Positions 24,801 to 36,239 of a stretch of DNA of 64,000 bases are shown piece after piece. The DNA lies in assembly GCA_044892505.1 (NCBI GenBank), contig CM097882.1, positions 262,446,001 to 262,510,000 on the forward strand. The letters run 5' to 3'. Each line of letters opens with the position of its first letter. Positions within the stretch are counted from its first letter, which is position 1. The stretch is from Schmidtea nova. Lineage: Eukaryota. Under the pieces are notes generated by a model that was not told the origin of the DNA, made no database searches, and worked only from the letters and a program-made list of their open reading frames with translations. The position numbers and the translations under genes were made by a program.

Positions 24801-25700
24801 AGAATTTGCCCAAGACGAACAACAATGGCACAAGGATGGCACAATGGATTTCAGACATTGCTGAACGCTCTTCATCCAGGAATTTGGAAATTCATCGAAC
24901 TATTAAAAAAAGAACAAAGCTTAAATGAACTAAAAATAGAACAATATCTCAGTGTACAGCAACCTCCACAAAAGAAGAAAAAATATCGTGATCTTGAAGC
25001 AAGATTGTTGCGGGTTGTCAATCGTTGGGATGAAAATATTGATATAAATGATCATTTACGATCGATTGCTCACAATCTTTCATATTAAATTTTAAAATTA
25101 TAATATAAATAATATGTACATATATAAATAAAATATTTAAAAGTTTTTAATTTTTTAAGAGACATGCTTTTTTGAGATAAAATCCACAATTCGTAAGTTC
25201 CTTAAAAATAATATTTTTCGATAAACTCGTCATTCGATCAATTAATCATTCGATAAACTCGTTTTCGATAAGCTCGCTTTCGATAAACTCGTTTTCGATA
25301 AACTCGTTTTCGATAAACTTACCGGGAATCGTTTAAATATAGTTTCTGAAGAAAAAAATAAAGGTTGAAACGATTGGGATAGTATGATAACTGCCGATAT
25401 ATGGACCTATTTTTTCTAAAATGGAGACAGAATTTTCCGAGCAATACAATGATATTTTCAAAATATGTGAATATATATTTAGTATTCCTGTACATAATGC
25501 AATGTGGAACGGATATTTTAACTAATGGAAATTCAGTGGACAGACGAACGAAATCGATTATCTTTCAATGTATAGTCAATTTCGACTTCAGTTGCAGCGA
25601 AATATATAACTATGTTCTAAAAAATAAAGTGCTTTCGAAGGATGCAAGATCTAATAGAAAATATAATTAGATTCAATTTTTGTATTAATAGTTAATGGTG
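21841..25700 (+). pseudogene. Decayed hAT (Blackjack-like) transposon interrupted by a MULE
   Basis: TAGGTTAACCATA left end at 21841. Fragments KCKFLQKYTEEYPFIK, YYSISTDAGN and IPVHNA..ERIF..QWTDERNRLS resemble the 30.9-32.8 kb transposase; many stops. Confidence 0.75.
23443..25330 (+). mobile_element. Second MULE with frameshifted FLYWCH-MULE transposase (23683-25088)
   Basis: TIRs of GAGTTTATCGAAAAC repeats; TSD GTTTAAAT at 23435-23442 and 25331-25338; WHGDGTFK, IMTDFEVA, GCFFHFNQ. Confidence 0.9.
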
Positions 25701-26108
25701 TTTTAAGGTTTTTTGAATTTATTATATATTATTTAATTTAGAATTTATTATGTTTCTATGTTATTTATGTTATGTCTTTTTATTAATCTCAATGAATTGT
25801 CAACCTTTTTTAAAAATAAATTTTGAAACTTTTTCTATTTTATTTAAGTATTTGTTGTTGTCCCGGTTGGTCGTGGTAAAAATCTGGCAACCATACGCAT
25901 GGGTGATAGTCGCACCGTCGTAACTGTCAGAGTTATGCGGGTGCGGTGAGTTTTTATCTAACCTAATGTTATATGTAGAGGTGAACTCGGGTGGGGGGAA
26001 TGGATCCATTTAAATTTTCAACTAATTAAATTTTTGATTATTAATTAAGGGGAGGTACATAGGCAAGGAACTAACATCGATTCCATTATGGTAGTAAAAA
26101 TAAAATTG

Positions 26109-26770
26109 GAATCCCTGTTACGTTACCAACGTTACCATAATTGGTTTGTTATACAAATTCGACTAACACCTTAAGCAGAGAAGATATACGATCGACCAAA
26201 CACTAGAAACCGGCGTATACAATGAGTCGTAATTTATATGAATTTATAACAATAACTTCAATTAAATGACGTAGCACATCGTTTTTTGGCATTTATGAAC
26301 AACATGACATCAATAAAGACCATTTTATTGGAGTTGAAATAGTTAAATTGCCAGATATGAATGGTTAGAAGACGACCTCATTGGAGATAAATGGGAATCC
26401 CTATAAACCCTAGAAACCGGCGTATACAATGAGTCGTAATTTATATGAATTTATAACAATAACTTCAATTAAATGACGTAGCACATCGTTTTTTGGCATT
26501 TATGAACAACATGACATCAATAAAGACCATTTTATTGGAGTTGAAATAGTTAAATTGCCAGATATGAATGGTTAGAAGACGACCTCATTGGAGATAAATG
26601 GGAATCCCTATTACGTTACCAACGTTTCCATAATTGGTTTGTTATACAAATTCGACTAACACCTTGAGCAGAGAAGATATACGATCGACCAAACACTAGA
26701 AACCGGCGTATACAATGAGTCGTAATTAATATGAATTTTTAACAATAACTTCAATTAAATGACGTAGCAC
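26109..26770. repeat. Near-identical tandem duplication (about 200-286-bp units, about 2.3 copies)
   Basis: CTAGAAACCGGCGTATACAATGAGTCG starts near 26203, 26410 and 26696. Confidence 0.9.
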
Positions 26771-27186
26771 CACTACGGCCGTTGTCGTAAGCTACGAACT
26801 ATTCGAACTTGGAATGTACAGAGCAGGCGCGTGATCAATGCCGAATGCCTGCGAAAAAAACCAGAAAACGAGAATGTCACAATAATAATTTTGATCGAAA
26901 ATCACCACAATACTAAATAGCGAATCTATAATTTATTACTCTCACATCGTTACAAACCTCGGTAGTTTAGAGGGCTAGAGTAAACATCAGGTCTAATGAT
27001 GTTACTACAGAGTGAATATATGAATTATCTCGTATACCAAATGGCCGATCCAAAACTAGATTGTCGGTTAAACAATTATAGAAATGACCGAAGGCCGGTA
27101 ATCGTCAGTGTTAATTATTGAATTCAGAAAATCCATCTCATCCGATATTATTATAGCTTCCATCGTTTATATAGTAAACCAATAAA

Positions 27187-27603
27187 TGGGAAATAAAATC
27201 GAATCCACGAGTGAATAGATCGTGTTACCATTTAAATTCAGCTTCAAACATCTACCCAAACATCCGAGACGATCCGATACTAAAAGCCATTCCCGCAGAA
27301 ATCCTTCACGAAGTGAACACCTTCATGCGACAGTGGAGACGGGCAAAGAAAGCCCGAGCCTCTTTTTCCATTTGGGAATTGGCCCAAGAATATGATGCAT
27401 GATAGCACGACAGCTCTCATTGACGATTATCGAGGATCGCGAAAAGTCTAACGATTATACTAAATGGTTCATTCTTTGGAATGACAAGAAAGCCTAGCCA
27501 AATTCGTTATCAGGGGTATATTCCAAGAGGAGATTTCTTATGTAGATTACTATTTTGGGTACCCCAAAGGCTTCTGCAACACGAATCGCAACTAAAAACA
27601 TGA
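27187..27603 (+). pseudogene. Relic of uncharacterised cassette protein A (homolog of 56846-57325)
   Basis: LKAIPAEILHEVNTFMRQWRR...FSIW and, after frameshifts, KWFILWND.KPSQIRYQGYIPRGD match the 56846 ORF. Confidence 0.7.
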
Positions 27604-27865
27604 CCTAGGGATATCCTGTATCCATTCTACACGGCCGAACGAAAGAAGTGGAAACGCTCTATCTATGTTTTCACACAGGAATTGTTTAAAGACTCATTTG
27701 ATCAACGATCAACAATAGTCACATCATAAATCGATTTAGATAATTTTGTGAATTAATAAAATTTAGTTGTTGGCTTTTTTAATAGTTTGCTTTTTTAGTA
27801 GTTGGCTTTTTTTGAAAATATTTTATAATTCAAATTGAAAATAAAATAAACAAAAATAATTTTGT

Positions 27866-28150
27866 TTTTATTATTGATTACAACTAAAGTACGCACTAAA
27901 ATTATTTTGATTGTAAATAATAAATTGCAATAATAATAAATTTCAAGTTTTCAAATTTGGTATAAATACTGTAATAATTTCGGTCAGATAACCCATAAAT
28001 TTTTCGCTGACGATAAGCAGATTTCCGTTGATGCTCAAAATCTCGATCGAGAACAAGGAACCCATGGCCACAGATAACATTTCTTAACAGAATCATCGCT
28101 GGAGACGAGAAATGTTGTCTCTATGTGAATATGAAGCTAAGGAAAGAGTA
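27866..28150 (+). mobile_element. Mariner transposase fragment
   Basis: THGH...FLNRIIAGDEKCCLYVNMKLRKE (28080-28151) matches the first catalytic motif of mariner (RIVTGDEKW.LY.N). Left boundary approximate. Confidence 0.65.
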
Positions 28151-28336
28151 ATTCACCGATACCGGTATCACAGCCTAAGATTTGAAAGTTTACGAACTCA
28201 TAACCGTTTAGTAGTTGAATTATGAATTAAAATTCGCATGATCATTTTTTAAAATTTAAAATAGGGTAGGAGCGACGTTATGAATCAAATTCGATTGTGT
28301 CCATTTTGTTTTATTAGAAAATGGAACAAACTAACC

Positions 28337-31300
28337 CATCGGTTCTAGGGGACCGCGACGCAGTTTCGGTGGGACCGCGACGAACTAACGCATATTTATT
28401 TTTTTAAATCATTTAAAAAAAACATCCAAAAATAATTTAATCATTTCTGTTATTAAAAATCAATTCAACATTAGCCCCCTTACGGGGTAAAACTGCGTTT
28501 TGTGTCTCCAATATTTTGCGTGCATGTTGAGGTTGTATGCTAATTTGTGACGTCATTGTTTAAAATTGTAACGTTGTCACCTTGACTCGGTCCAACCTCG
28601 AGGGTTTATATAGCAGGCCTGTCTGCTTAATCTTTGCCTTTAATTGTATTTTCTCCGAGTGAACGACGCATCACATTTAGTATTTTATTTTCTTGTAAAC
28701 AGTTTGTGGTATAATAAACATTAACTTTTGCAGTATAATTTTATAATTTTATAATTTTATAATTTTATTTTATCGATTTTTTTAGATTTAAGATGCCCAC
28801 CAAAAAGAAAATGAGATATGACATTTCATATTTACAATATGGGTTTACTGTAATAAATTCGAAAGGTGAAGAGAAACCACAGTGTGTCTTGTGTTCTGAG
28901 GTGCTGGCACCCTCTTCTCTTAAACCCAGCAAGTTAAAGAGACACTTAGAAACGAAGCATCCCAGCTCAATGACCAAAGATGTCGACTTCTTTAAGCACC
29001 AAGCCGAACGACTGCACAACTCCAGGATTGATGACACAGGAATCTGGTCTGAGAACATTAAGGCTGGTCTGAGGGCGCCCTATGAGGTTTCAAGGAAAAT
29101 AGCTGCGGCCCAAAAACCACACAATATCGGAGAAGAGTTGATATTACCTTGCTGCAAAGATATAATATCAAATGTTCTGGGATGTTCGGAGCTCAGCAAG
29201 CTAAGTTACGTTTGCCTGTCAAACGACACTGTTCAGAGGCGAATAGCAGAAATGTCCGAAAACATTCTGTCGCAAGTGGTGACAAAAATTCAAAACTCAA
29301 CGTTCTCCTTCTTTGCAATCCAACTTGATGAAACGACGGATGTCGCCAACTTAGCACAACTTTGCGTCTACGTACGATATACGTATGATAAACACCTGGA
29401 AGATGAATTTTTGTTCTGTGAAACTCTCAATACCAGAACAACTGCAAAAGAAATCTTTGATAAAGTGGACAGATTCTTTGAAGCGCATGATATCAAATGG
29501 GATAATCTTATTGGCGTGTGTACTGACGGTGCTCCAGCAATGCTTGGTTGTCGTTCTGGGTTTCAAAATTTGGTTAAACAAAAATCCCCAAACATGATTG
29601 GTACACACTGCACTATTCATCGCTTTAATGGTAAAAACCATGCCTGACGAGTTGAAAAATGTTCTCAATCATGTGATTACAGCAGTAAATTTCATAAAAT
29701 CAAATGCACTTAACTCTCGTTTGTTTTCCGAGTTATGCAAAGAAAGTGATTCCGGAATTGAAAAACTCTTGTTGCACTCACACGTGAGGTGGCTTTCCAA
29801 AGGGAAAGTTTTAAAGAGGGTTTTTATACTCCATAAAAAAATTCAGCAATTTTTGAAAGATACCAAACCAGACATGCACACAAAATTCTCCGATGTCCGT
29901 TTTCTTATTTCCTTGTCATTTTTGGTAGACATATTTGAATCCGTGAATTATATCAATCTGGCGCTGCAAGGAAAAGATATCAGTGCTACATTGTCATGAA
30001 AAATTGACGGCTTTCAAAATGAAGCTCGAACTATGGATTACAAAGTTAGAGAATAAGAATTTTGCTCCATTTCCGAAGCTGAATACATATATTGATGAAA
30101 ATGAGCTTGAAGTCGATGCAGATATTCTTGAAATGATGAAACAGCATGTATTCGTTCTTAGCAAAGAAATGTCTCACTATTTTCCTGATCTGCGAGAATT
30201 TGAAAAACACTATCGGTTTATCACTAACCCATTTGAAGTATCCATTAGTGACCTGCCCTCGGACGACAATTTAGTTCAGGAACAATTTATTGATTTAATA
30301 AACGATGAGGGTGCAAAAGATGTTTTCCGTGGAACTTGCTGTAGTGACTTTTGGATTGAAATGGCACTGTCCTATCCTACGGTGACCATACGTACCACAT
30401 TGTGTGGTACAGTACAACATTTTGAACAGGCGTCCAACATTGTCAACTGCACCACATTTTGTACCACATTTAAGTCATTTCATTAATATATCGATTTAAA
30501 AAATTATCAATCATTTTTTGTAAAAGTTTTAAGTTTACTGGGTTGTTTTAGGAGTCGATATATTAATAACAAATATATCGATTTTAATTTATATCGCCGG
30601 AAGGAACGACAAATAAATTTCTTACAAAACCCTGTTTGTCAATTCACATCACTATGACATCTTTGACAGTTTAATATTTTAATTTAAATGCACTTCATAA
30701 GTAGGCTGTGTGGCTGTGTTTTAACGTGAAAAAAAATGTAATTAAAAATTCGGATGCGATTTTTTAAATATCAGCTTTATTATTATTTATTTCAACAATA
30801 AATTGTCAATTTAATTAAATTGCAAGTTAAAAGTAATAATTAATAAATATTTTATTTTCATTAAAAAAAATTCTTGAAGGATAAGCGATAATTATGTCAT
30901 CAAACGTAAATGTAAAGAGAAGAAAAGAAAATGTACTTTTACTGTTGAATTAGCAAAGGAATTTCCATATATCACCAAATGTTATAAAGAAAATGACACC
31001 AAACTAAAATGCGGCAAATGTTATGGAACATTTTCTATTACTTCGGGAAGATACGACATAAATCGACATATGCTATCAGAAAAACATAAATCTTCAGTGG
31101 CTGCAGCAGCTTCATCAAATAATATTAATAATTATATTATTAGAAACGAATATGGTGATAAAGAAAAACAGATAGCCATTGCTGAAGCAGTATTTGCTTT
31201 CCATACTGTTAATCACAACCATAGCTTCAGGTCGATGGATTGCACGTCCAAAATTTTGAGAAAATTATTTGACAACAAGTTTAAGTCTGCCAGAACAAAA

Positions 31301-33430
31301 ACGGAAGCTATAATCAAAAATATATTTGCTCCATATTCAATTGGCTTAATTCAAACAGAAATGGAAAAAACAAATTTTTTTTTCTATATATTCTGATGCT
31401 TCCAATCACAAAGATATTAAATTTTTCCCAACATTAATTCGTTATTTTGATTGGAAAGAAGGAATTAAAATCAGAATGCTAGATTTTTTATCATTACGAG
31501 GTGAAACTGCTGAAATGATAGCAAATTCAATCATTGATATATTAAAAAAATTTAATTTATCTTCAAAATTGGCAGCTTATTGTGCAGACAATGCAAACAC
31601 CAATTTCGGAGGATTAAACCGAAAAGATGGTAAAAATGTTTTTACAATTTTGAATAAAAATTTAAGCCAATCAATCGTAGGAATAGGCTGTGCTGCCCAT
31701 ATTGCACATAATGCAATTCAAACTGCAGCTGATTTACTCCCAATTGATTTAGAAACTATAATCATTAAAATTTATGGATATTTTCATATCTATACTGTAC
31801 GAGTAGCTTTACTGGAAGAATTTTGTGATGAAGCAGGTATTGAATATAAAAAAATAGTTGGTTTTTGTAAAACTCGTTGGTTATCTCTAATGCCAGCGAT
31901 AGAAAGAATCCTAAAGCTGTACCAACCATTGAAAAGCTATTTTTTATCAATAGAAAAATGTCCACAGGTAATCGAAACCTTTTTTAAAAATGATTCATCC
32001 GAATTGTGGTTGTTATTTGTTCACAATCAAGCAGCACTTTTTGAAAATACAATAAAATGTATGGAAGGAAGTTCTAAAAATGTTAATGAAATTTCTGAAA
32101 GTATTGATAATTTAAAATATAAATGTTATGAAAGAGCTAATGAAACATTTCTTCCATTAGCAGTCAAATGTTGTTTAAAAAAACTAGTCAACGACGGCTC
32201 TATTAATGAAACTTGGTTTCTATCGCACGTAAAAAATTTTTATCAGAACTGTTTTCAATATTTAGAGAAGTGGTCGTGTCAGTTTACTAACATTAAAACT
32301 TTTAAATGGATTTTACTTAAAACTTGCCCACAATGGCAAGAATTACAAAGTTCATATGAATTTGTTTCGAAAAATTTTCCAGATATTGAAATTAATGACA
32401 ACGTATTATTTGATGAAATCAGTTATATTAAAAAATATGTAACTGAAACGAAAATAAATTATTGGACTGAAAATAATATTACAACCGATATGAGATGGGT
32501 AGAGATGTTTCAGCATTTTGAGACTGAACACGTACCTTTTAAAAACGTTTTACAATTGGCAGAATATTCATTGTGTTTGCCACGTACAAATGCTGCCACA
32601 GAAAGAGTTTTCTCTTTAGTTAATAATATCTGGACTTCTGAAAAAACACAATTATCAGTAGAAACGTTAAAAGCAATACTAATTGTGAAATGTAATTTTT
32701 CTAATGATTGTGATAGTTTTTATGGCAATATTATAAAAAACGATGAGATTTTGAAAAAGATAAATTCTGCCGAAAAATATCTGTGAATTGCAATGTTGTT
32801 AAACATGTTATTTTATTTATTTTTGATATTTAATTATATTATTTTGAATTTAAAATACTGTACTGTAACAGTATAACATTTAATTTATGTTATTTTCTAC
32901 TTCTACTTAATTGAATGAATTGTTGACAATTACTTAATTTTTATTAAATTTAAATAAATTTGTGGTACAATAAATATGTGTCATAAATTAATATTTTTTT
33001 TTATTTTTGGAAAAACCACCCCTCTGTACCACATTCACTATCAAGAAATCTGGTCACCGTATCCTATCCTGATGTTGCAAAGATGGCTCTAAAAGTCCTC
33101 ATTCCATTTGCAACCACCTATGAGTGTGAGTCGGCTTTTTCTACACTACTTACAATTAAAACAAAAGCAAGAAATAGATTATGCGCAACAAATGATATGC
33201 GAGTTGCACTGGCCAAGACAAAGCCAAACATAAAAGCTCTAGTTCTGGAAAAACGACTGCATCCGTCGCATTAAAATTGTTATTTAACTTTTACGATGTA
33301 ATATTTTCTCAATATATATGTTTTATTTGCTATACCTTTTTTATTTTTTATTATTAGGGGTCCGCAAGCTATCTAACAATTTTTAAAGGGACCGCCTCGC
33401 AGAAAATTTCAAAGAATTTGAGAACCGCTG
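28337..33430 (+). mobile_element. hAT Buster/Charlie (ZBED5/ZBED8-like) transposon; transposase 28793-33274 frameshifted and interrupted
   Basis: KPQCVLCSEVL..KPSKLKRHLETKH, AIQLDETTD, CTDGAPAM, HVRWLSKG, PFATTYECESAFS; right end TTGAGAACCGCTG at 33430. Confidence 0.9.
30378..33061 (+). mobile_element. hAT (Blackjack-like) nested in the Buster element; transposase about 30893-32786 with frameshifts
   Basis: TIR TACGGTGACCA/TGGTCACCGTA; 8-bp TSD TCCTATCC (30370-30377, 33062-33069); removal restores MALSYPDVAKMALK. Motifs CADNANTNFGG, GCAAH, TRWLSL, TNAATERVFS. Confidence 0.95.
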
Positions 33431-34981
33431 GATTATAATTAATGACGAGGATGAAATGATGGAATCAAATATTATGTCAACTGGATGTTTGAACTCTGTT
33501 AATCAATCAAATATGAATACAATTATAATTAATTACGATGACGAAATTATGAAGGTTAAATATCATGANNNNNNNNNNNNNNNNNNNNNNNNNNNNNNNN
33601 NNNNNNNNNNNNNNNNNNNNNNNNNNNNNNNNNNNNNNNNNNNNNNNNNNNNNNNNNNNNNNNNNNNNNNNNNNNNNNNNNNNNNNNNNNNNNNNNNNNN
33701 NNNNNNNNNNNNNNNNNNNNNNNNNNNNNNNNNNNNNNNNNNNNNNNNNNNNNNNNNNNNNNNNNNNNNNNNNNNNNNNNNNNNNNNNNNNNNNNNNNNN
33801 NNNNNNNNNNNNNNNNNNNNNNNNNNNNNNNNNNNNNNNNNNNNNNNNNNNNNNNNNNNNNNNNNNNNNNNNNNNNNNNNNNNNNNNNNNNNNNNNNNNN
33901 NNNNNNNNNNNNNNNNNNNNNNNNNNNNNNNNNNNNNNNNNNNNNNNNNNNNNNNNNNNNNNNNNNNNNNNNNNNNNNNNNNTTTTATTATTTTTATCAT
34001 TAATATTTTTATTTATTATTTATCTAGAAAGAAGTTGAAAATCCGAATACATTTTCAAAAAAAGAAATCTATTATCGTTTTATAAATATTGTGAATTCCA
34101 CAAAAGACTATAATTTACCGATTTCAAATGAGGATAAATCTGAGAATAGAATAAGAAAAAATCGTTTTGCTGAAAGAATTGAGATAAAAAAAATTCAATT
34201 AAAAAATACCAACTCTTATTCTGTNNNNNNNNNNNNNNNNNNNNNNNNNNNNNNNNNNNNNNNNNNNNNNNNNNNNNNNNNNNNNNNNNNNNNNNNNNNN
34301 NNNNNNNNNNNNNNNNNNNNNNNNNNNNNNNNNNNNNNNNNNNNNNNNNNNNTTGTTATAATTTGCTAAATGTAATATTACGTAGTATAATTGACGTTAA
34401 GGTTTCCAAGATTATTATTTACTAGATTAATGAATTATCTTATTATGTAATATAATCAATTTTATAGTTTAATGATAATCACTTAGTGACTATTATACTC
34501 ATATATTCGTTTATGTTAATAATTGATGACTTTGACGATATTTTAACTATTACATAATAGATTAAAGTTTATCTTTCACAATTCTTTAAAAATAAAAAAA
34601 CTATCTTTATAAATTCAAAAGTTATAAATAAATTAAATACTATAAATAAAAAAATAGCAAATATAACTAATAATAAAACTAATGTTAAAAATATAAATGC
34701 TATAAATACTAATGACCTATATATGACTGGGACATCCTACTACTATTAGCATTACTATTACCGATAATCCTTAGGTTGAATTATATCAAATATTATATCA
34801 GTCAACACAGAAAAATATAAGTATTTTGTACCAGTAGCACCAGAAAGCTATCACGGAGATCATAGACAAATTAAGGCGAAGGATTATATATTTAGAGAGT
34901 AAAAAAAAACTGAAATCTCTTTCAATGATTAGTGACAATAAAAATTTTTAATAGAGCGTTGAGTTTTTGTTCGAACATTTT

Positions 34982-34999
34982 TGGTAGCAGAGCGTGGTT
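34982..34999 (+). promoter_or_regulatory. LTR-retrotransposon primer-binding site complementary to the tRNA-iMet 3' end
   Basis: TGGTAGCAGAGCGTGGTT, 4 nt after a CA (34976-34977), with AATAAA about 40 nt upstream. Confidence 0.8.
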
Positions 35000-36085
35000 C
35001 CCATCGGGGGACCACGTACTTTCTGGAGCTTGCAAACTATGGTTCTGGCTATCCAGCCAGAACAAGGTACGTTGGTATTATATTGTTTATTGTGAATTTT
35101 GTGTAATTTATCGTGTTAAATTTAAATTCTTTGAAACATTTCCTCGTCTGCCCTTTGCCATGTTTTGCGGCGGGTTGAGTCCATTAGGGAACCGGAAAAG
35201 ATGCTGCTATGGGCCCCAGCATTCTTTTCAATTGGGGGATGAACGAGCCAGGAGAGCAGATGAATATAGGAAATAAGTTATAAAAGATAAGTTATAGAAG
35301 ACCAAAGGTTGGAACTGGAAGCCTCAAGAATTGATATTGAAAAACTATGTCGTCAATGTCACATTGCAGAAGAATCTATTCTGCATGCACTTCAAACCCG
35401 CAAAATACATTTATCACTAAATTTGCTCACTTGTTTGAAACTCAAACGAGCGAGTTGATCTAATCATAAAAAACATTAAATTTCCGATTGACGGCATTAC
35501 GAATTTTCAAACAGTGGATAAAATTAACTTGCATAAATATGATCGCCTTAAAAATGAAATATACAGGCCAAACTAAGCTTTTCAGTCGAACTTGGCATCT
35601 GTATCATTAGATCTTTGGGCACAATACCTCAAAATACCATCGACCTTTTCCAAAAAAATTGGCCTCAACAGCTTAAAAATAAAAAGATTAATGGAACAAT
35701 GTGCGATAAGCAATATCACCAACTCTGCCAAAATATGGGTATATCAAACAACGGGAGTACTTCGGGAGTACAATGATAACATTTCATAAAAATTTCATAA
35801 TATAACACTTGTAAAATTATTTACCTCCAAAAACGAGGAATTCTTTATATGCAAAAATGTGACTTTCACCTTTTTTTTCAAAACCGATGAAATATATCAC
35901 ATCAATGTCAGGGAAATCTCGAAAGTTACAAATCATTTGAAAAAAAATACATCCTCAAAAACAATGTATATATTTATTGTGATATTATCTGTCTCTTGAT
36001 AATGTACACTCTTAAAGAGTATTCTCCTAGTAGAGCATTATCCCAATGTATAAAATGGTCAAATTTGTTATTTATAATAAATTTT

Positions 36086-36159
36086 ACCACGGGAGCTCAG
36101 TCGGTCAGAGCGCTGTACTTATAATGCGGAGGTCGAGAGTTCAAGCCTCTCTCGGGGCA
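36086..36159 (+). tRNA. trnI-TAT: tRNA-Ile(TAT), intronless, probably a pseudogene
   Basis: D stem GCTC/GAGC, anticodon loop CTTATAA, T arm GAGAG-TTCAAGC-CTCTC, T7 terminator downstream. Two acceptor-stem mismatches and G at position 8. Confidence 0.75.
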
Positions 36160-36239
36160 CATTTTTTTGCGATGAGATATAAATATTTTTTAGAAATAAA
36201 AGTCAAATCAAATCATGTTTGATAAAATAATCTTGCAAA

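Noticed and set aside
34820-34900. PESYHGDHRQI as a helicase motif III
   Set aside because: Isolated short match with no other helicase motifs nearby.
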